Of a DNA stretch of 64,000 bases, positions 1 through 11,200 are shown piece by piece; position 1 is the stretch's first letter; every line of letters starts with the position of its first letter. The stretch spans positions 365 to 64,364 of the forward strand of contig JAPPMG010000077.1 in NCBI GenBank assembly GCA_028819215.1. Reading direction: 5' to 3'. The DNA is from Bryobacterales bacterium (GTDB taxonomy: Bacteria; Acidobacteriota; Terriglobia; Bryobacterales; UBA6623). The position numbers and the translations under genes are program-made. The notes beneath the pieces were generated by a model, which was not told where the DNA came from, did not search any database, and worked only from the letters and a program-made list of their open reading frames with translations.

Positions 1-5
1 CGAGG

Positions 6-3000
6 TTGGTAGCAGAAGCTGAAGCGAACGAATACGAGGCGGTGGATAGCCTTCGAAAAGAGCTAAACGAGTCCTTCGTCGAACTTGTCCGGAACACGGA
101 CCGCGAAATCCGCGGCGGGAAACGCGGGAGCATCGAGGGGAGAGCCCTGTCGCAATTGCGAAAACATGCTGAACCATTGCTTGACCTTGCGGGAGACTGG
201 CAAAGACTCGTGGAGGCAAAGAACCACTCAACGGGCTTCGTCGAGCAGAGCATCGTGTCGCTCAACCAATCAGTCCAACGTGTTGGGGACCGAGCAGTTG
301 GAGCCCTTGACCACGTAGCCAAGACAACGAAGTCTCTGCAGCTCAGTGTCTCACTGGCGCTGGCCAAGAAGACGGTTGAGGGCCTCCGTGGTTTATTCAG
401 TGACAGCAATGATCGAACTATGCCGATTTTCGCGAATCCGGGCACGATTCTCTCGAGAGACCTACTATTCGTTGCGGGGGTAGACCTCGACTCGGACTAC
501 AAGCCGGTCGGAGAGTCTCTCGACGTGCTTACGATGCTGTCGGACGGCGCAGAACATACCACTACGTTGGAGGCCGCTTTCAATGCTCGCCTCCAGAGGG
601 GAGACCTAGTCGGTGCTAGCCTTGCGTACCGCGAACTGGAAGCCTCGCACGATTCAGCATCTGACCGGTCTCGAGCATCCCTCGACCAAACTCTTCGTAA
701 ACGTCGCATCGAGTTGCGCAACGTCTGCGACAAGCATCGAGAAGCTCTCGAGCAGAGCTTGAGCTTCGGGCAACTCGACGAGAACACTGCAGAATCACTA
801 CGCGCGGATGTCGTCTCAATGCAGTCCGATCTTGAAGGCGCAGAAGCCAGCGTCAGTGCCGTCTCCCTAGAGAGGGTACAGGCTGGGATGGACAGAATCG
901 ATCGAATTTTGGAGAAGTCTAGGCGTACGGGCGAAGCTAACGTTCGAGAGAAGTTTAGTCAACTGTCCGGAGACTGCGATCCAGATGAACGGGATCGAAT
1001 CGAGAGATCGATTTCGATCGGGGACATTATGACCGCTGCTGAACTCATGTCTAGGGTCGAATCCGGACAGCCGCTAGACCGGCACGACCTCGAGGATGCT
1101 AGCGACCCGTTTCAGGATTTTATGTCCGCGGTCGGAAGGATCGAAAGCTTTGTCGCAGACCCTAGCAACTCCCCGAATTCGATCGTCGCCGCAGTGTCAA
1201 AGGGCGAGGGCATCGCGGACTTAGACTTTCCGTCCCTTTCCCGGGCAGAGATTGAAGAGGCCTCTCAGCTTCTGGAAGCGTGGTATGAGCTGTCTGTCGC
1301 TAAGCGTCTTGATCCACAGAACCAGAGCCTTGGCACACTGCTTCGGGCGCTGGGATTGCCTCCGCGGAAATTGACGGTGGCCGAATCCAGAGCTGATTAC
1401 GCGATGGTTGCGATGGAAACCGACCCGATAGAGGACCGCCTTCGGTGTCCACTTCCGCAATTCGGGTCCGAAGCACGCGGACGGTACCGGATCCTGCTGA
1501 ACTGGGCTAGGATCGGCCGAGAGTCGATTTCTAGGCACGTCGACACTCGAAGACACGATGCCACGGTCGCGCTGCACTTCGGCTCACTCGGTGAGGACAG
1601 GAACTGGCTGAGAGACTGGGCTGTTACGCAGCACCGGATGTTTCTGGTCGTCGACGAGCCGCTCGCACTATTCCTGGCTGGACGTCCTTCAGGGCGACTG
1701 TCGGCCCTATTCCGGTGCGTACTCCCGTTTTCAGATGCCGAGCCGTACGTCACAACGTCCGGGCTGGTCCCGCCAGAGCTGTTCTATGGACGTTCTCGGG
1801 AGCGCCGCAGGATTATGGACTCGTACGGTCCATGCTTCATATATGGCGGACGGCAACTGGGCAAGACGGCGCTGTTGCGGTCTGTCGAACACGAGTTCCA
1901 CCAACCAGACAGGTTGCAGGTCGCTAAGTGGATTGATCTGAAAGTTCGAGAAATAGGTTACGCACGCGCATCTGCAGAGATCTGGCCCCTGCTCTGGCGC
2001 GAATTGCGCGCTCTCGGTGTATTACAGCAGTCACAGAAAGAGCCCAATCCTGCTAGCCCACGATACGTCGACACACTGATATCAGCCATCGAGCAGTGGA
2101 TCAGAGATGATGACCGACGGCGCGTGCTTCTCCTCCTTGACGAAGCTGACCACTTTCTCGCCGATGATGCCTCGAACGAGTTCCGCGAGTCGACTCGGCT
2201 TAAGGGAATGATGGATCGCACTGATCGAAGAGTGAAGGTGGTCTTCGCGGGCTTGCACAACGTGTTGCGAATCACGGAAAGGGCCAACCATCCACTAGCG
2301 CATCTCGGGGAGCCCATAAATGTCGGCCCATTGCTGACGAACGGAGAGTGGAATGAGGCCCAGAAGCTCGTTAAGGATCCGTTGCAGTCAGTCGGGTACC
2401 ACTTCGAACCTCAGGATCTCAGCACTCGGATCTTGGCTCAGACCAATTACTACCCGTCACTGATTCAACTCTACGGTGCGGAACTCGTCAGACACCTGCG
2501 AGATTCTGGCCGTAGCGTCCCTTCCGGCATTTCAGACGAAGACCTCGGAAAGGCGTACAGGAGCAGGGCCCTGCGAACTGCAATTCGGGAGCGTTTTCAA
2601 CTCACGTTGCAACTCGACCCGAGATACGAAGTCATCGCATACGCCTTGGCGTTTGAGTTGCTGGGGGAAGGCCAAGACCTGAGTGGCGGCCTAGAACGAC
2701 GGGAATTAGCTACGCATGCCAGAGGCTGGTGGTCGGAGGGATTCGACAACAATGATCGAGAGTTCAACGTGCTCTTGCAGGAACTGGAAGGGTTGGGTGT
2801 GTTGCGATCGATTCCGGACACTAGTCGGTACACATTGCGCAATCCGAACGTTCTGCTGCTACTCGGCAGCAGAGACGAAATTGGTCGAGTGCTGGAAAAA
2901 TCGCGCGATGTACCGAAGCAGTTCGCGCCATCGTCCTTTCATGCCCGCTTCTCAGACACAGACACGACCCTCTGCCCGTTGACCCGCGAGCAGGAGTCAC

Positions 3001-3818
3001 TACTGCAAAAATCCGGTGGCGTGGCGGTGATTGCGGGCTGCAGGGCCGCCGGAATTGATGACGTGACGCGCTTTCTGTCTAAGCGTTTCGAGGGGGCATC
3101 TTTCGAGATACTATCGGATTCTCTATCGGTTCGAACCTTTAGACAGAAGCTGGGCAAATTGCGGCCTGAGTCACGTAGCCATACGACAGTGGTCCTAGTT
3201 CCGCAGCACGAACCTTGGAACGTTGAATGGCTGGTAGCCGCACGGGATGCTCTACGGGCCAAGAAGAAGGGAGACCGGATAAAGGTTCTGTTCGTGGCTG
3301 ATCCGAGCGTTTTGTGGGTAGCGACAAACGATCTCGATGGTAGGCGGGTTGAACCGCCGGAATGGATCGGGGTCGAACCGTGGGACGAACTATTCGTCGG
3401 ACACTGGCTCCAAGACAACACTCAGCCCCACGACAGTGCGCACGTTCAGCAGCTAATCAAAATTTCGGGAGGTTGGCCGAAGGTGCTCGAAATGTTCGTC
3501 GATTCAAAGCGGCGGACTTGGGACGGATTGATCGAAGCGTTGCACAGAGAGTTGGAACAGACCGACAGATGGTTGGCGGAGCTAGGCCTGACGTCAGAGG
3601 CGAAGGGAGAGCTGGCCGCCTTGCTGCGCCATCAGCCGATACGTTCGGATTCGAACGGAGATATCGAAGCCGTGGCGGGAGTAGAAGACATCGATGGCGA
3701 TGAGTTGCGGCGGCGAGTGCAGTGGAGCCAGCACTTAGGGTTGCTAACTGACTTGGACGGACAGTGGCAATTCAATTCGTTGCTCGAAAGACTTCTGCGT
3801 GATTGCGTCAAGGAATGA
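6..3818 (+). CDS. Large STAND-like P-loop NTPase, 5'-truncated by the window edge; helical N-terminus, NTPase, possible degenerate second NTPase module
   Basis: Walker A YGGRQLGKT (nt ~1845-1868), Walker B VLLLLDEAD, VVFAG and NYYP motifs; late SGGWP resembles a STAND GxP motif; frame is open to the window edge. Confidence 0.75.
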   Translation: MVAEAEANEYEAVDSLRKELNESFVELVRNTDREIRGGKRGSIEGRALSQLRKHAEPLLDLAGDWQRLVEAKNHSTGFVEQSIVSLNQSVQRVGDRAVGALDHVAKTTKSLQLSVSLALAKKTVEGLRGLFSDSNDRTMPIFANPGTILSRDLLFVAGVDLDSDYKPVGESLDVLTMLSDGAEHTTTLEAAFNARLQRGDLVGASLAYRELEASHDSASDRSRASLDQTLRKRRIELRNVCDKHREALEQSLSFGQLDENTAESLRADVVSMQSDLEGAEASVSAVSLERVQAGMDRIDRILEKSRRTGEANVREKFSQLSGDCDPDERDRIERSISIGDIMTAAELMSRVESGQPLDRHDLEDASDPFQDFMSAVGRIESFVADPSNSPNSIVAAVSKGEGIADLDFPSLSRAEIEEASQLLEAWYELSVAKRLDPQNQSLGTLLRALGLPPRKLTVAESRADYAMVAMETDPIEDRLRCPLPQFGSEARGRYRILLNWARIGRESISRHVDTRRHDATVALHFGSLGEDRNWLRDWAVTQHRMFLVVDEPLALFLAGRPSGRLSALFRCVLPFSDAEPYVTTSGLVPPELFYGRSRERRRIMDSYGPCFIYGGRQLGKTALLRSVEHEFHQPDRLQVAKWIDLKVREIGYARASAEIWPLLWRELRALGVLQQSQKEPNPASPRYVDTLISAIEQWIRDDDRRRVLLLLDEADHFLADDASNEFRESTRLKGMMDRTDRRVKVVFAGLHNVLRITERANHPLAHLGEPINVGPLLTNGEWNEAQKLVKDPLQSVGYHFEPQDLSTRILAQTNYYPSLIQLYGAELVRHLRDSGRSVPSGISDEDLGKAYRSRALRTAIRERFQLTLQLDPRYEVIAYALAFELLGEGQDLSGGLERRELATHARGWWSEGFDNNDREFNVLLQELEGLGVLRSIPDTSRYTLRNPNVLLLLGSRDEIGRVLEKSRDVPKQFAPSSFHARFSDTDTTLCPLTREQESLLQKSGGVAVIAGCRAAGIDDVTRFLSKRFEGASFEILSDSLSVRTFRQKLGKLRPESRSHTTVVLVPQHEPWNVEWLVAARDALRAKKKGDRIKVLFVADPSVLWVATNDLDGRRVEPPEWIGVEPWDELFVGHWLQDNTQPHDSAHVQQLIKISGGWPKVLEMFVDSKRRTWDGLIEALHRELEQTDRWLAELGLTSEAKGELAALLRHQPIRSDSNGDIEAVAGVEDIDGDELRRRVQWSQHLGLLTDLDGQWQFNSLLERLLRDCVKE

Positions 3819-4942
3819 ACATCTGGCACCTGCCTGGTCCTTCGGAGTTCCTTGGGGCTGTTGAACGCTCGCTCCGCGACGGTGAGAGTGTAATCCTCCG
3901 TTTCCCTGAAGGATCTCCAACTGGATTCGAGACGGCGCTAAGCGTGCGATTGGCTGATTGCGGTCCGTTGGGACGCGTCGAGGTCAACACCTCGGCCACA
4001 TTGAGCACGGGAGAACCCCTTTGCCAGTTGATGGAACAATTCGCACCTGAGTTGACGGCAGTCTCCGACCTAACCGCCGTGGACCTGTGTGAGGCGGAAG
4101 GGTTTGGTGGGCGGCTTATCTGGATTGAGGGCCTTCAGAGCGGGATCTGTCCTGCTTGGCAAACGTTCTTGGAAAACTACGCACAGGCAAGCCGCAACGT
4201 GTCAAGGTTGAGGCGCACGCTGTTTGTTGCTCCGATGGGAACCGAAAAAACGGTGGCATCGGGCCGAGATGTTGCATTGAAGGTCCATGACTGGGCTGGA
4301 GTTGTCGATGAAATGGACCTCGTGTTTCTCGCAAATCATCGTCTGCGGACTCGGGGAATCGAAGGGACCCTACGCACGTTGCTAGTGATGACAATCGCAC
4401 GCGTCGCAGCGTGGGACTGCACTATAGCCGAGCGGCTCGCCGAGGCAGGGCCCGATGACATCCTGGACCCGATGCAGTTGCTGCGATCTGCGGCTCAGGA
4501 GAGGGGATGGACTTCCGAGACTCTGCCGAGTGTATCGCGCGGTACGGAATCCGGAGCAGGCGTGACGCACGCCGCGCTAGCCGCTATCAGAGAGCCCGGC
4601 GAGATTCAGAGACGGATGTGGAGTGCCCAAGTCTCTGTTCTGCTGCCCGTGGTCGAGCTGCATCGGCTGGCCATCGTCCGGGAGTACCGGCATCAGATAG
4701 TGGCGGAACTTCGACGAGACGGGCAGAAGGAGGATGCAGAAGCACTGGAGGTTGGCGAGTTGGCGTTCCTGTTGAGCAGGGCAGGATTCGACGACGACGT
4801 CGCATCCCGCGCCGAAGCGCTTCGGCGCGCACGGAATGTACTCGCGCACGGCAAACCGCTAATGACATCCCAAGCCTTGGTGCTGGCCCGGTCCGCCTCC
4901 AACACTCGACACCAAGCGGGCCGACCTGATGGCGAGAGTTAG
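3815..4942 (+). CDS. Hypothetical protein coupled to the NTPase; C-terminal RxxxxH (HEPN-like) motif
   Basis: ATG 3815 overlaps upstream TGA (ATGA); RNVLAH at nt 4832-4849. Confidence 0.65.
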   Translation: MNIWHLPGPSEFLGAVERSLRDGESVILRFPEGSPTGFETALSVRLADCGPLGRVEVNTSATLSTGEPLCQLMEQFAPELTAVSDLTAVDLCEAEGFGGRLIWIEGLQSGICPAWQTFLENYAQASRNVSRLRRTLFVAPMGTEKTVASGRDVALKVHDWAGVVDEMDLVFLANHRLRTRGIEGTLRTLLVMTIARVAAWDCTIAERLAEAGPDDILDPMQLLRSAAQERGWTSETLPSVSRGTESGAGVTHAALAAIREPGEIQRRMWSAQVSVLLPVVELHRLAIVREYRHQIVAELRRDGQKEDAEALEVGELAFLLSRAGFDDDVASRAEALRRARNVLAHGKPLMTSQALVLARSASNTRHQAGRPDGES

Positions 4943-5196
4943 CTCGTGCATGGAATCGCCCTACTTCAAGTCGCCGCCCGACAGATCCGTCAACCGCTGC
5001 CATGCGGCGTCTCGCCCAATGCATCGGCTACTTCCGGGAAGTCGAGAATCAGTCCGCGTGCTGGCGTTTTGGAACGTAACATGGGGGGAGCCATCTGCCC
5101 GCCCACATTGGATCGGAAGCTGCGGCTTACTTTCTCGGACGGAGAATTCGTACCATCGGCGTTACGCGTGAAGCTTGATTCCCGCACCCTCGCCTT

Positions 5197-6438
5197 ATGC
5201 AACTGAACGCCGTGCGCCGACCGAGAGGCTCGTTCCGCATTAGACGCGGCCAGCCAATCGAGCCGTCTCTCGGATGGACCTATTTATCGCGTCACGCATT
5301 GACGCGAGCCAAGTCGCAGATGGACAAGGAATCTGAGGGCGTGCGCGATGAGATCGGTGTCCTGACCATCCATCAGCGGTATGCCGACCGCTTCTTTCCC
5401 GGCACGTCGGTACTACACACCCGCGCCCGCTACACACTCTTCGTGCCGTGGCTATTCGAAGATCTGGCAGGCCTGACAGGATCGCCCGCTGTGCGTGCCC
5501 TCCGCGAACGCGAGAGGGAGCTTGCGGGTCGGCTCAAAGAAGCAGGGGAGTCCCAGGTGATCGGGGGGCGCGTATTTCCCAATCCTTCGAGCCAGCCGCC
5601 GTCAACTGTCTATTGGAATGCGCTCGCAGTATGGGGAATATTGCGTCCACGTCAGGACGGACGAATCATTTCGAGAGCCCAAGCGCATCGGCTGTTGAAG
5701 CGTGTGGGCGACGCTACAGATGACGATGGTCAACCGCTTCTCAATTTCGATCCGCCATTCGTCCCGCTTCCCGACCGCCCAAAGAACTGGCTTGGTGGGC
5801 AAATCACCCTTCGGTTAGCGATCAGAGAAGCAGCGTTCCTGCACGAGCGGCTTACTCGGTTGCGCCGGAAAGGCGGCCACGAACTCTCGCTGCTCGCGAG
5901 GTTGGTTCGGACTGAGACTGCGGTGCCATCCAACATGTGGGCCGATGAAGTGTACGCGATCGCGGGCTCCGACCAATCTGCGCTCGGCCGAGCACAGCAG
6001 GCCGCCAGCCTGGCGGCTGTAGTCCGCGCTGTTTACGACGCGCTTCTGGAACGCATGCTGAAGACTGATGGCAGGGAGACGTCGGCCCGCCATCGCAACC
6101 ACCTCGCCGACGTTCTCAGGGAACATGGACCTGTGGCAGCCCAGCTCGGTATTGATTCGCTTGAGGCGGACATTGGTGTGATTCCGCCAAAGCTCCGAGC
6201 TGTTCTGAGAGCGACGAAGGAATGGATCGAGTCAGGACCGGCGGATCCTTCGCCGCTCCTTGATGCCTACGCCGCGGCTGAAGCTCGTAAAGGTCTTCGT
6301 GCCCGGCTTGCCCCGACTCCCGATGGACGGGCTCGGCGCCTCGAATGGTTACGCGACGAACACAGTCTCGCGGGCCCGCTTCACTATAGATGGGAGCAAG
6401 TCCGCACACTCCTCGACGATCTTGCGAACGCGGTATGA
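5197..6438 (+). CDS. DUF6361-family protein (Azaca ZacA-like)
   Basis: LGW...EGVRDEIG...ADRFFPGTSVLHTRARYTLFVPW and C-terminal LHYRW match my recall of DUF6361; start uncertain. Confidence 0.75.
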   Translation: MQLNAVRRPRGSFRIRRGQPIEPSLGWTYLSRHALTRAKSQMDKESEGVRDEIGVLTIHQRYADRFFPGTSVLHTRARYTLFVPWLFEDLAGLTGSPAVRALRERERELAGRLKEAGESQVIGGRVFPNPSSQPPSTVYWNALAVWGILRPRQDGRIISRAQAHRLLKRVGDATDDDGQPLLNFDPPFVPLPDRPKNWLGGQITLRLAIREAAFLHERLTRLRRKGGHELSLLARLVRTETAVPSNMWADEVYAIAGSDQSALGRAQQAASLAAVVRAVYDALLERMLKTDGRETSARHRNHLADVLREHGPVAAQLGIDSLEADIGVIPPKLRAVLRATKEWIESGPADPSPLLDAYAAAEARKGLRARLAPTPDGRARRLEWLRDEHSLAGPLHYRWEQVRTLLDDLANAV

Positions 6439-8273
6439 CCGGTACGGTCAATAGCTGGCCTGCGCTTTCGTTCCTCGAGGGCTTGCGTCCAGGACCCGAT
6501 GAGAGTGTGGAACTGGCCCTGCTGGCGTCCTATTCGGCGGACTTGGGATCGATTGGTGCGGCGTTGCTCGCACTGGCGGGAAAGGATAACGATGCGGGCT
6601 GCGGGAGCCCGTCCGACTTCGCTGATGCGGTCGAGAGACTACGGGGGAGAGTGCGTATTGTGATTCAGCGCGGCCGCCTTGCAAAGATGCGCGGGACGCC
6701 GCGAATCGCGGCGGTGCTGGACCAGTTTGTGCGCGAAGTTGACTTTGATGAGGTGAATCATAGTTGGCACCCCAAGGCCGCGCTGGTTCGAACGCGCAAC
6801 ATCAGTGGCGAGATTGGCTGGCGGCTCTGGATTGGGAGTCGGAACCTCACCGAAAGCATAAATCTCGACATCGGACTTCTACTCATTTCCTGTGCAAGAG
6901 GTGGCGCTCCAGTGCTAGGCGCGGATGCACTCGCCTGCGCTCTGGCCGAAAGAGCCGAACTCAACGGCCTGCACCCAGCCGCCCTCGCGGCGACGATTGC
7001 GAAAGTTGCCTGGCGGTCGCCAACGGGTGTGCGCGTCAAGCAGATTCGCTGGTCGGCCGGAACCGAAAACCAGTCCATTGCAATCTCCTTGAAAAATACG
7101 GACGAGCTCGTGGTGGTGAGCCCTTTTATCGACAAGAACTTCCTTGCCCGACTGTCACCGAGAGGGGCGAAACCGGAAAGGCGTGTGTTACTGACGACGA
7201 TGCGCGAGATAGAGCGAATCGGCCCTTCGCTAGCGGTATTCGACGACCTCCTCACGCTGGACGCGCCTGATTTCCCGATTGGCGATCCCGAGCTTGATCC
7301 AGACACTGCGACCGCAGCCGACGTCGATCCAACCAACGAAGAAGAAGAGATAGGCCGCGGTCTTCACGCCAAATTGCTGTTTATCCGGTCCGGGCGCAAG
7401 CGGACGCTATGGTTGGGAAGCGCGAACGCGACAATGCGCGCTTGGACTGGAGGCAATGCCGAGGTGACAGCAGAACTGCTTGTAACCGAGCCAATTGAGT
7501 ACGGGCTGAAGGTGCTGCTCGGCTCCGCCCGGCTTGTTGAGGCGCCGAGCACCGAATCCTCGCCCGATGCCTCGACCCTTGAAGAGGAGGCGCTCGAACA
7601 AGCGCGCGCCCAAGTAGCAGCGCGATGGGCAGCAGAGCTCAATACCGACAACGAGGGGATCCGTCTCGTTCATCGTTCCGACCTCCATCCGGGCGGGCCA
7701 CATCCCGACGCATCCGAAATCGCATTGGAAGTTGGTGCACTCAATGGCGAGCTCGTAGCCTGGCCAGTGCAGCAAGTCACGGTGCATCTAGGACATTTCG
7801 ATCTTTCGGAGCGGAGTGAGTTCGTCCGCCTACGAGTTAGCCGAGGGGAGAAAGGACTTTCGTGGCTGCAGCGAGCCCCAGCAGATCCGGCTTTCGGGCA
7901 GGATCGCGACCGCGCCGCGTTCGTGCACCGCCTAGGCACCAGAGGATTTCTTCTCTGGCTAGCTAGCTTGCTAGCGGACGATAATCCGCGGGACGAAGGC
8001 GACTGGCCGATGGACGTGCCGCAGAATCGGGAGGGTATGGCGACGAATCAGGATCTCAGCTCCTCGCTGCCCACTTTGGAGGAGATGTTGGCGGCGTGGG
8101 CACGCGCGCCGGAGAAATTCCGCGAGATCGAGCGAATGGTCTCTCGATACCTGCCAGCCGTGCGCGAGCAAACTAAGCACGAAGACCAGCAGACCGCGGC
8201 AATGTTGCGACTCTTCGACGATTTGTGGAGCAAGCTTCGGATCGGGCTCGACATCACGAAGACACAGGCCTAG
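6435..8273 (+). CDS. Phospholipase D-superfamily (HKD-like) protein, probable nuclease (ZacB-like)
   Basis: Two HxK...GSxN motifs (WHPK...GSRNLT; LHAK...GSANAT); ATGA overlap with upstream stop. Confidence 0.8.
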   Translation: MTGTVNSWPALSFLEGLRPGPDESVELALLASYSADLGSIGAALLALAGKDNDAGCGSPSDFADAVERLRGRVRIVIQRGRLAKMRGTPRIAAVLDQFVREVDFDEVNHSWHPKAALVRTRNISGEIGWRLWIGSRNLTESINLDIGLLLISCARGGAPVLGADALACALAERAELNGLHPAALAATIAKVAWRSPTGVRVKQIRWSAGTENQSIAISLKNTDELVVVSPFIDKNFLARLSPRGAKPERRVLLTTMREIERIGPSLAVFDDLLTLDAPDFPIGDPELDPDTATAADVDPTNEEEEIGRGLHAKLLFIRSGRKRTLWLGSANATMRAWTGGNAEVTAELLVTEPIEYGLKVLLGSARLVEAPSTESSPDASTLEEEALEQARAQVAARWAAELNTDNEGIRLVHRSDLHPGGPHPDASEIALEVGALNGELVAWPVQQVTVHLGHFDLSERSEFVRLRVSRGEKGLSWLQRAPADPAFGQDRDRAAFVHRLGTRGFLLWLASLLADDNPRDEGDWPMDVPQNREGMATNQDLSSSLPTLEEMLAAWARAPEKFREIERMVSRYLPAVREQTKHEDQQTAAMLRLFDDLWSKLRIGLDITKTQA

Positions 8274-8278
8274 GGACG

Positions 8279-11200
8279 GTGATTGCGCCGAAGCCGTTCC
8301 AAGAAGCTGCGGTCAAGGCGGCGCTGTCGGCGTTCGCTGACCGGGAGGGCCGCCGCCGTTTTCTGGTCGCTGATGAAGTCGGTCTTGGAAAAACGGTTGT
8401 AGCAAAGGAACTGGTTCGGCGCATGTCCGAGGACGGTCGCCAACCATTCGTGATTTACTACATCGCCAATGGCCATGCAGTGTCGCACCAGAACAAGGGC
8501 CGCATCGTTGGATTCCTCGGCGATTCGCAACGTAAGCTCGCGATCAACACGCCAGACCGACTGTCACTGTTTACACAGGCGAAGCGACCGGAAAGTCCAA
8601 TCCTCATCTACGGACTGACGCCCGGGACGTCCTTTCCGGGTGGACGTACGCGTCTCACGGGAGGACGAAAGGAAGAGCGTGCGTTCCTGAAGGTCTTACT
8701 CGAGCACACGTATCCCGCTTTCGCCCGCGATCTTGATCCAGACATATTGCGGCTTAACGTGAGCGTTTCTTGGGATCGAATTGTCCAAGAGGCGGAGACC
8801 AGATTCTCGGTTTGCCCATCCGGGTTGTGTCGACGGTTTCGCGAAGCGCTAGCAACTGAATTCGGCAAACCGGTTCGGGCGATGCTCGATTTGGCGGTGC
8901 GGGGTGACCTAAGTCGAAGCGAAAGACGATTCAGGCCTCACACTTTCGTTGGCCGTCTACGGCGGGCACTAGTACTGGCGACCCTCCGTCATCAGCCGCC
9001 CAATTTGATCGTGTTCGACGAGTTCCAACGCTACCGGCATATTCTCTTCGACAAAGACTCCGACCCGCTTCTGAAGGCACTTCTGGGATCTGAAAACCCA
9101 GCAACCCCGCCGGCGGTCCTATTGCTCAGCGCAACGCCTTATCGGCTCCTGCATACGCGGTGGGAGGAGGCGCATGGCGTGCTTGCTCACACGGAGCTTC
9201 TGGAAGTGATCGAGTTTCTGGCCGGCTCGAGGATTCGAGGGCAGGCGAGAACGCTCTTCTCCAAGTTTGGAGACAGGCTTCGCGTTATCTCGACGTCTGC
9301 AAACGCGAATGATCCGAAGTTGTCGGGCACTGTGATCGAAGCCGCTAGGCTCCGCGACGAGCTCCGTGCCCTGCTGACGCCAGTCTTGTCACGTACAGAG
9401 CGTGACGGCTTAGCTTCTGCTGATCCGCTCGCAGAAACGCAATTCCTTGATGCAGATCCGTTACCCGAGGATTTTCGGGTGTTCCGGCACCTCGTGACGA
9501 GCTTCGCCGAAGACATGCGATCTTACGCCCTGCCGTATTGGTCGTCGGTTCCGCTACCAGCTCAGTCGCTAGGTCCTCGCTATGCCGCTTGGAGGCGCGC
9601 CAAGATGAGGGCAGATCCGAAGCTCACACAAATGACGGAAGAGCATCGGAATGAGCTCAGCGCGCCAAGGGCGTGGCCTGACGCAAAGCTACGCGCACTT
9701 AGCAGCGTCGCCCCTTCCACGCTGCTGTCGCTTCCATGGGCCGCCCCTTCATTATGCTGGTGGCCGCTGGGTGGAGGATGGAAGCACGCCGCGGCCGATC
9801 CCAAACTCCTGTTGTTTAGCCGCTTTCGCGCAACGCCGCCTAGTGTCGCCGCACTCCTGAGTTTTGGCTTAGAGTCGCATTGTCTTCACAAGAAGCAGCG
9901 CAGCTATGACAAGGCCTACATGAGTCGCCGTTTCAAGTTGGCAGCTACACCCGGACCCACGATGGCCGCGTTTCATCCGTCACCATGGCTAATCGGCAAC
10001 ACGGATCCACTAGCGAAAGCTGGGGCAACGCTCAGCGCCGTTCGTAAAGAAGTTCGGCGGCAGATTCTCGCCGTTTTGCCCAAAGGCATCATTAGACGCG
10101 ACACTGCAAAGGCTCGTCGTCGGCACAGATCCATTGCCCGGACCCTAGCGTCGATCGAAAGGACCGTAGGTATCTCGGAACGGTCGGCTGCAGGCTGGAC
10201 TAGTGCAATCGGTGATGATCGTGCCGCGCGGTCCGCAGTGCAGAAATGGAGTTCGGCCCAACCAATCAACTGGCTTTCTGCCCGCGAGCTAGCGGACTTA
10301 GTTGACTATGCGATTGGAGCCCCCGGGGTCGCGCTCGGCCGAGCTCTGTTGCGGCATGACCCGACGATCCTTGACCCAGAACGTTTTCCAGAACTGGTTA
10401 AGCTCAGTTGGCAGGGACTGCGCACCTATCTCGACAATCCCGTGATTCTGTCGTCGCTGCCGGGTAGGAGCGCTGTCGAGAAAGTCATGGGCGCGGTCGT
10501 CGATGGCGGCTTTGAGAGTGTACTAGACGAGCACTTCTGGCTCCGCGCCCAAGTTCTGGACTCCGGTACGGCTGGTCTTGTCGCGGACCTCAAACGATCT
10601 CTCGGGCTGCGTGCCAGCAGCTTCAGCTTTCACGGTATTGATCCAGCGGCGGAGAAGATTCCGGTGCGTTGCCATGTCGCCGTGCCGTTCGGTGATGCAG
10701 AGACAGAGCCCAGCGTCAAGGTGGTAGGCGATAGAGCAAAAACTACCCCGATCCGCCCGGATGAAGTTCGCCGAAGCTTCAATACGCCATTTTGGCCACA
10801 TGTCTTGACGACAACGTCGGTCGGGCAGGAGGGTCTAGATTTTCATCCATGGTGTTCGCGTGTGGTCCATTGGGACCTCTCTGCCAATCCGCTGGATCTC
10901 GAGCAACGTGACGGTCGCGTCCAGCGATATGCAGGGTTGGCCGTAAGGCGCCGGCTCGCCGCAATCTTGCGCGACGAAGTGTTGAGCGATCCCGCTGTTA
11001 AGGAGGCTTCACCTTGGAAATGTATGGAGCGGCGCGCCGAGCATTTTGTCGATACGAGCGGCCTCCGCCCTTGGTGGGTACTCGAGGGCGCTGAAATCAA
11101 CCGTTATATCTTCAAGCGACCCTTCGGGCGAGACTCTGTGCGTTTCGACCAACTTCGAGAGCAGAGGATGATCTATCGACTCGCCCTTGGACAGCCTAAT

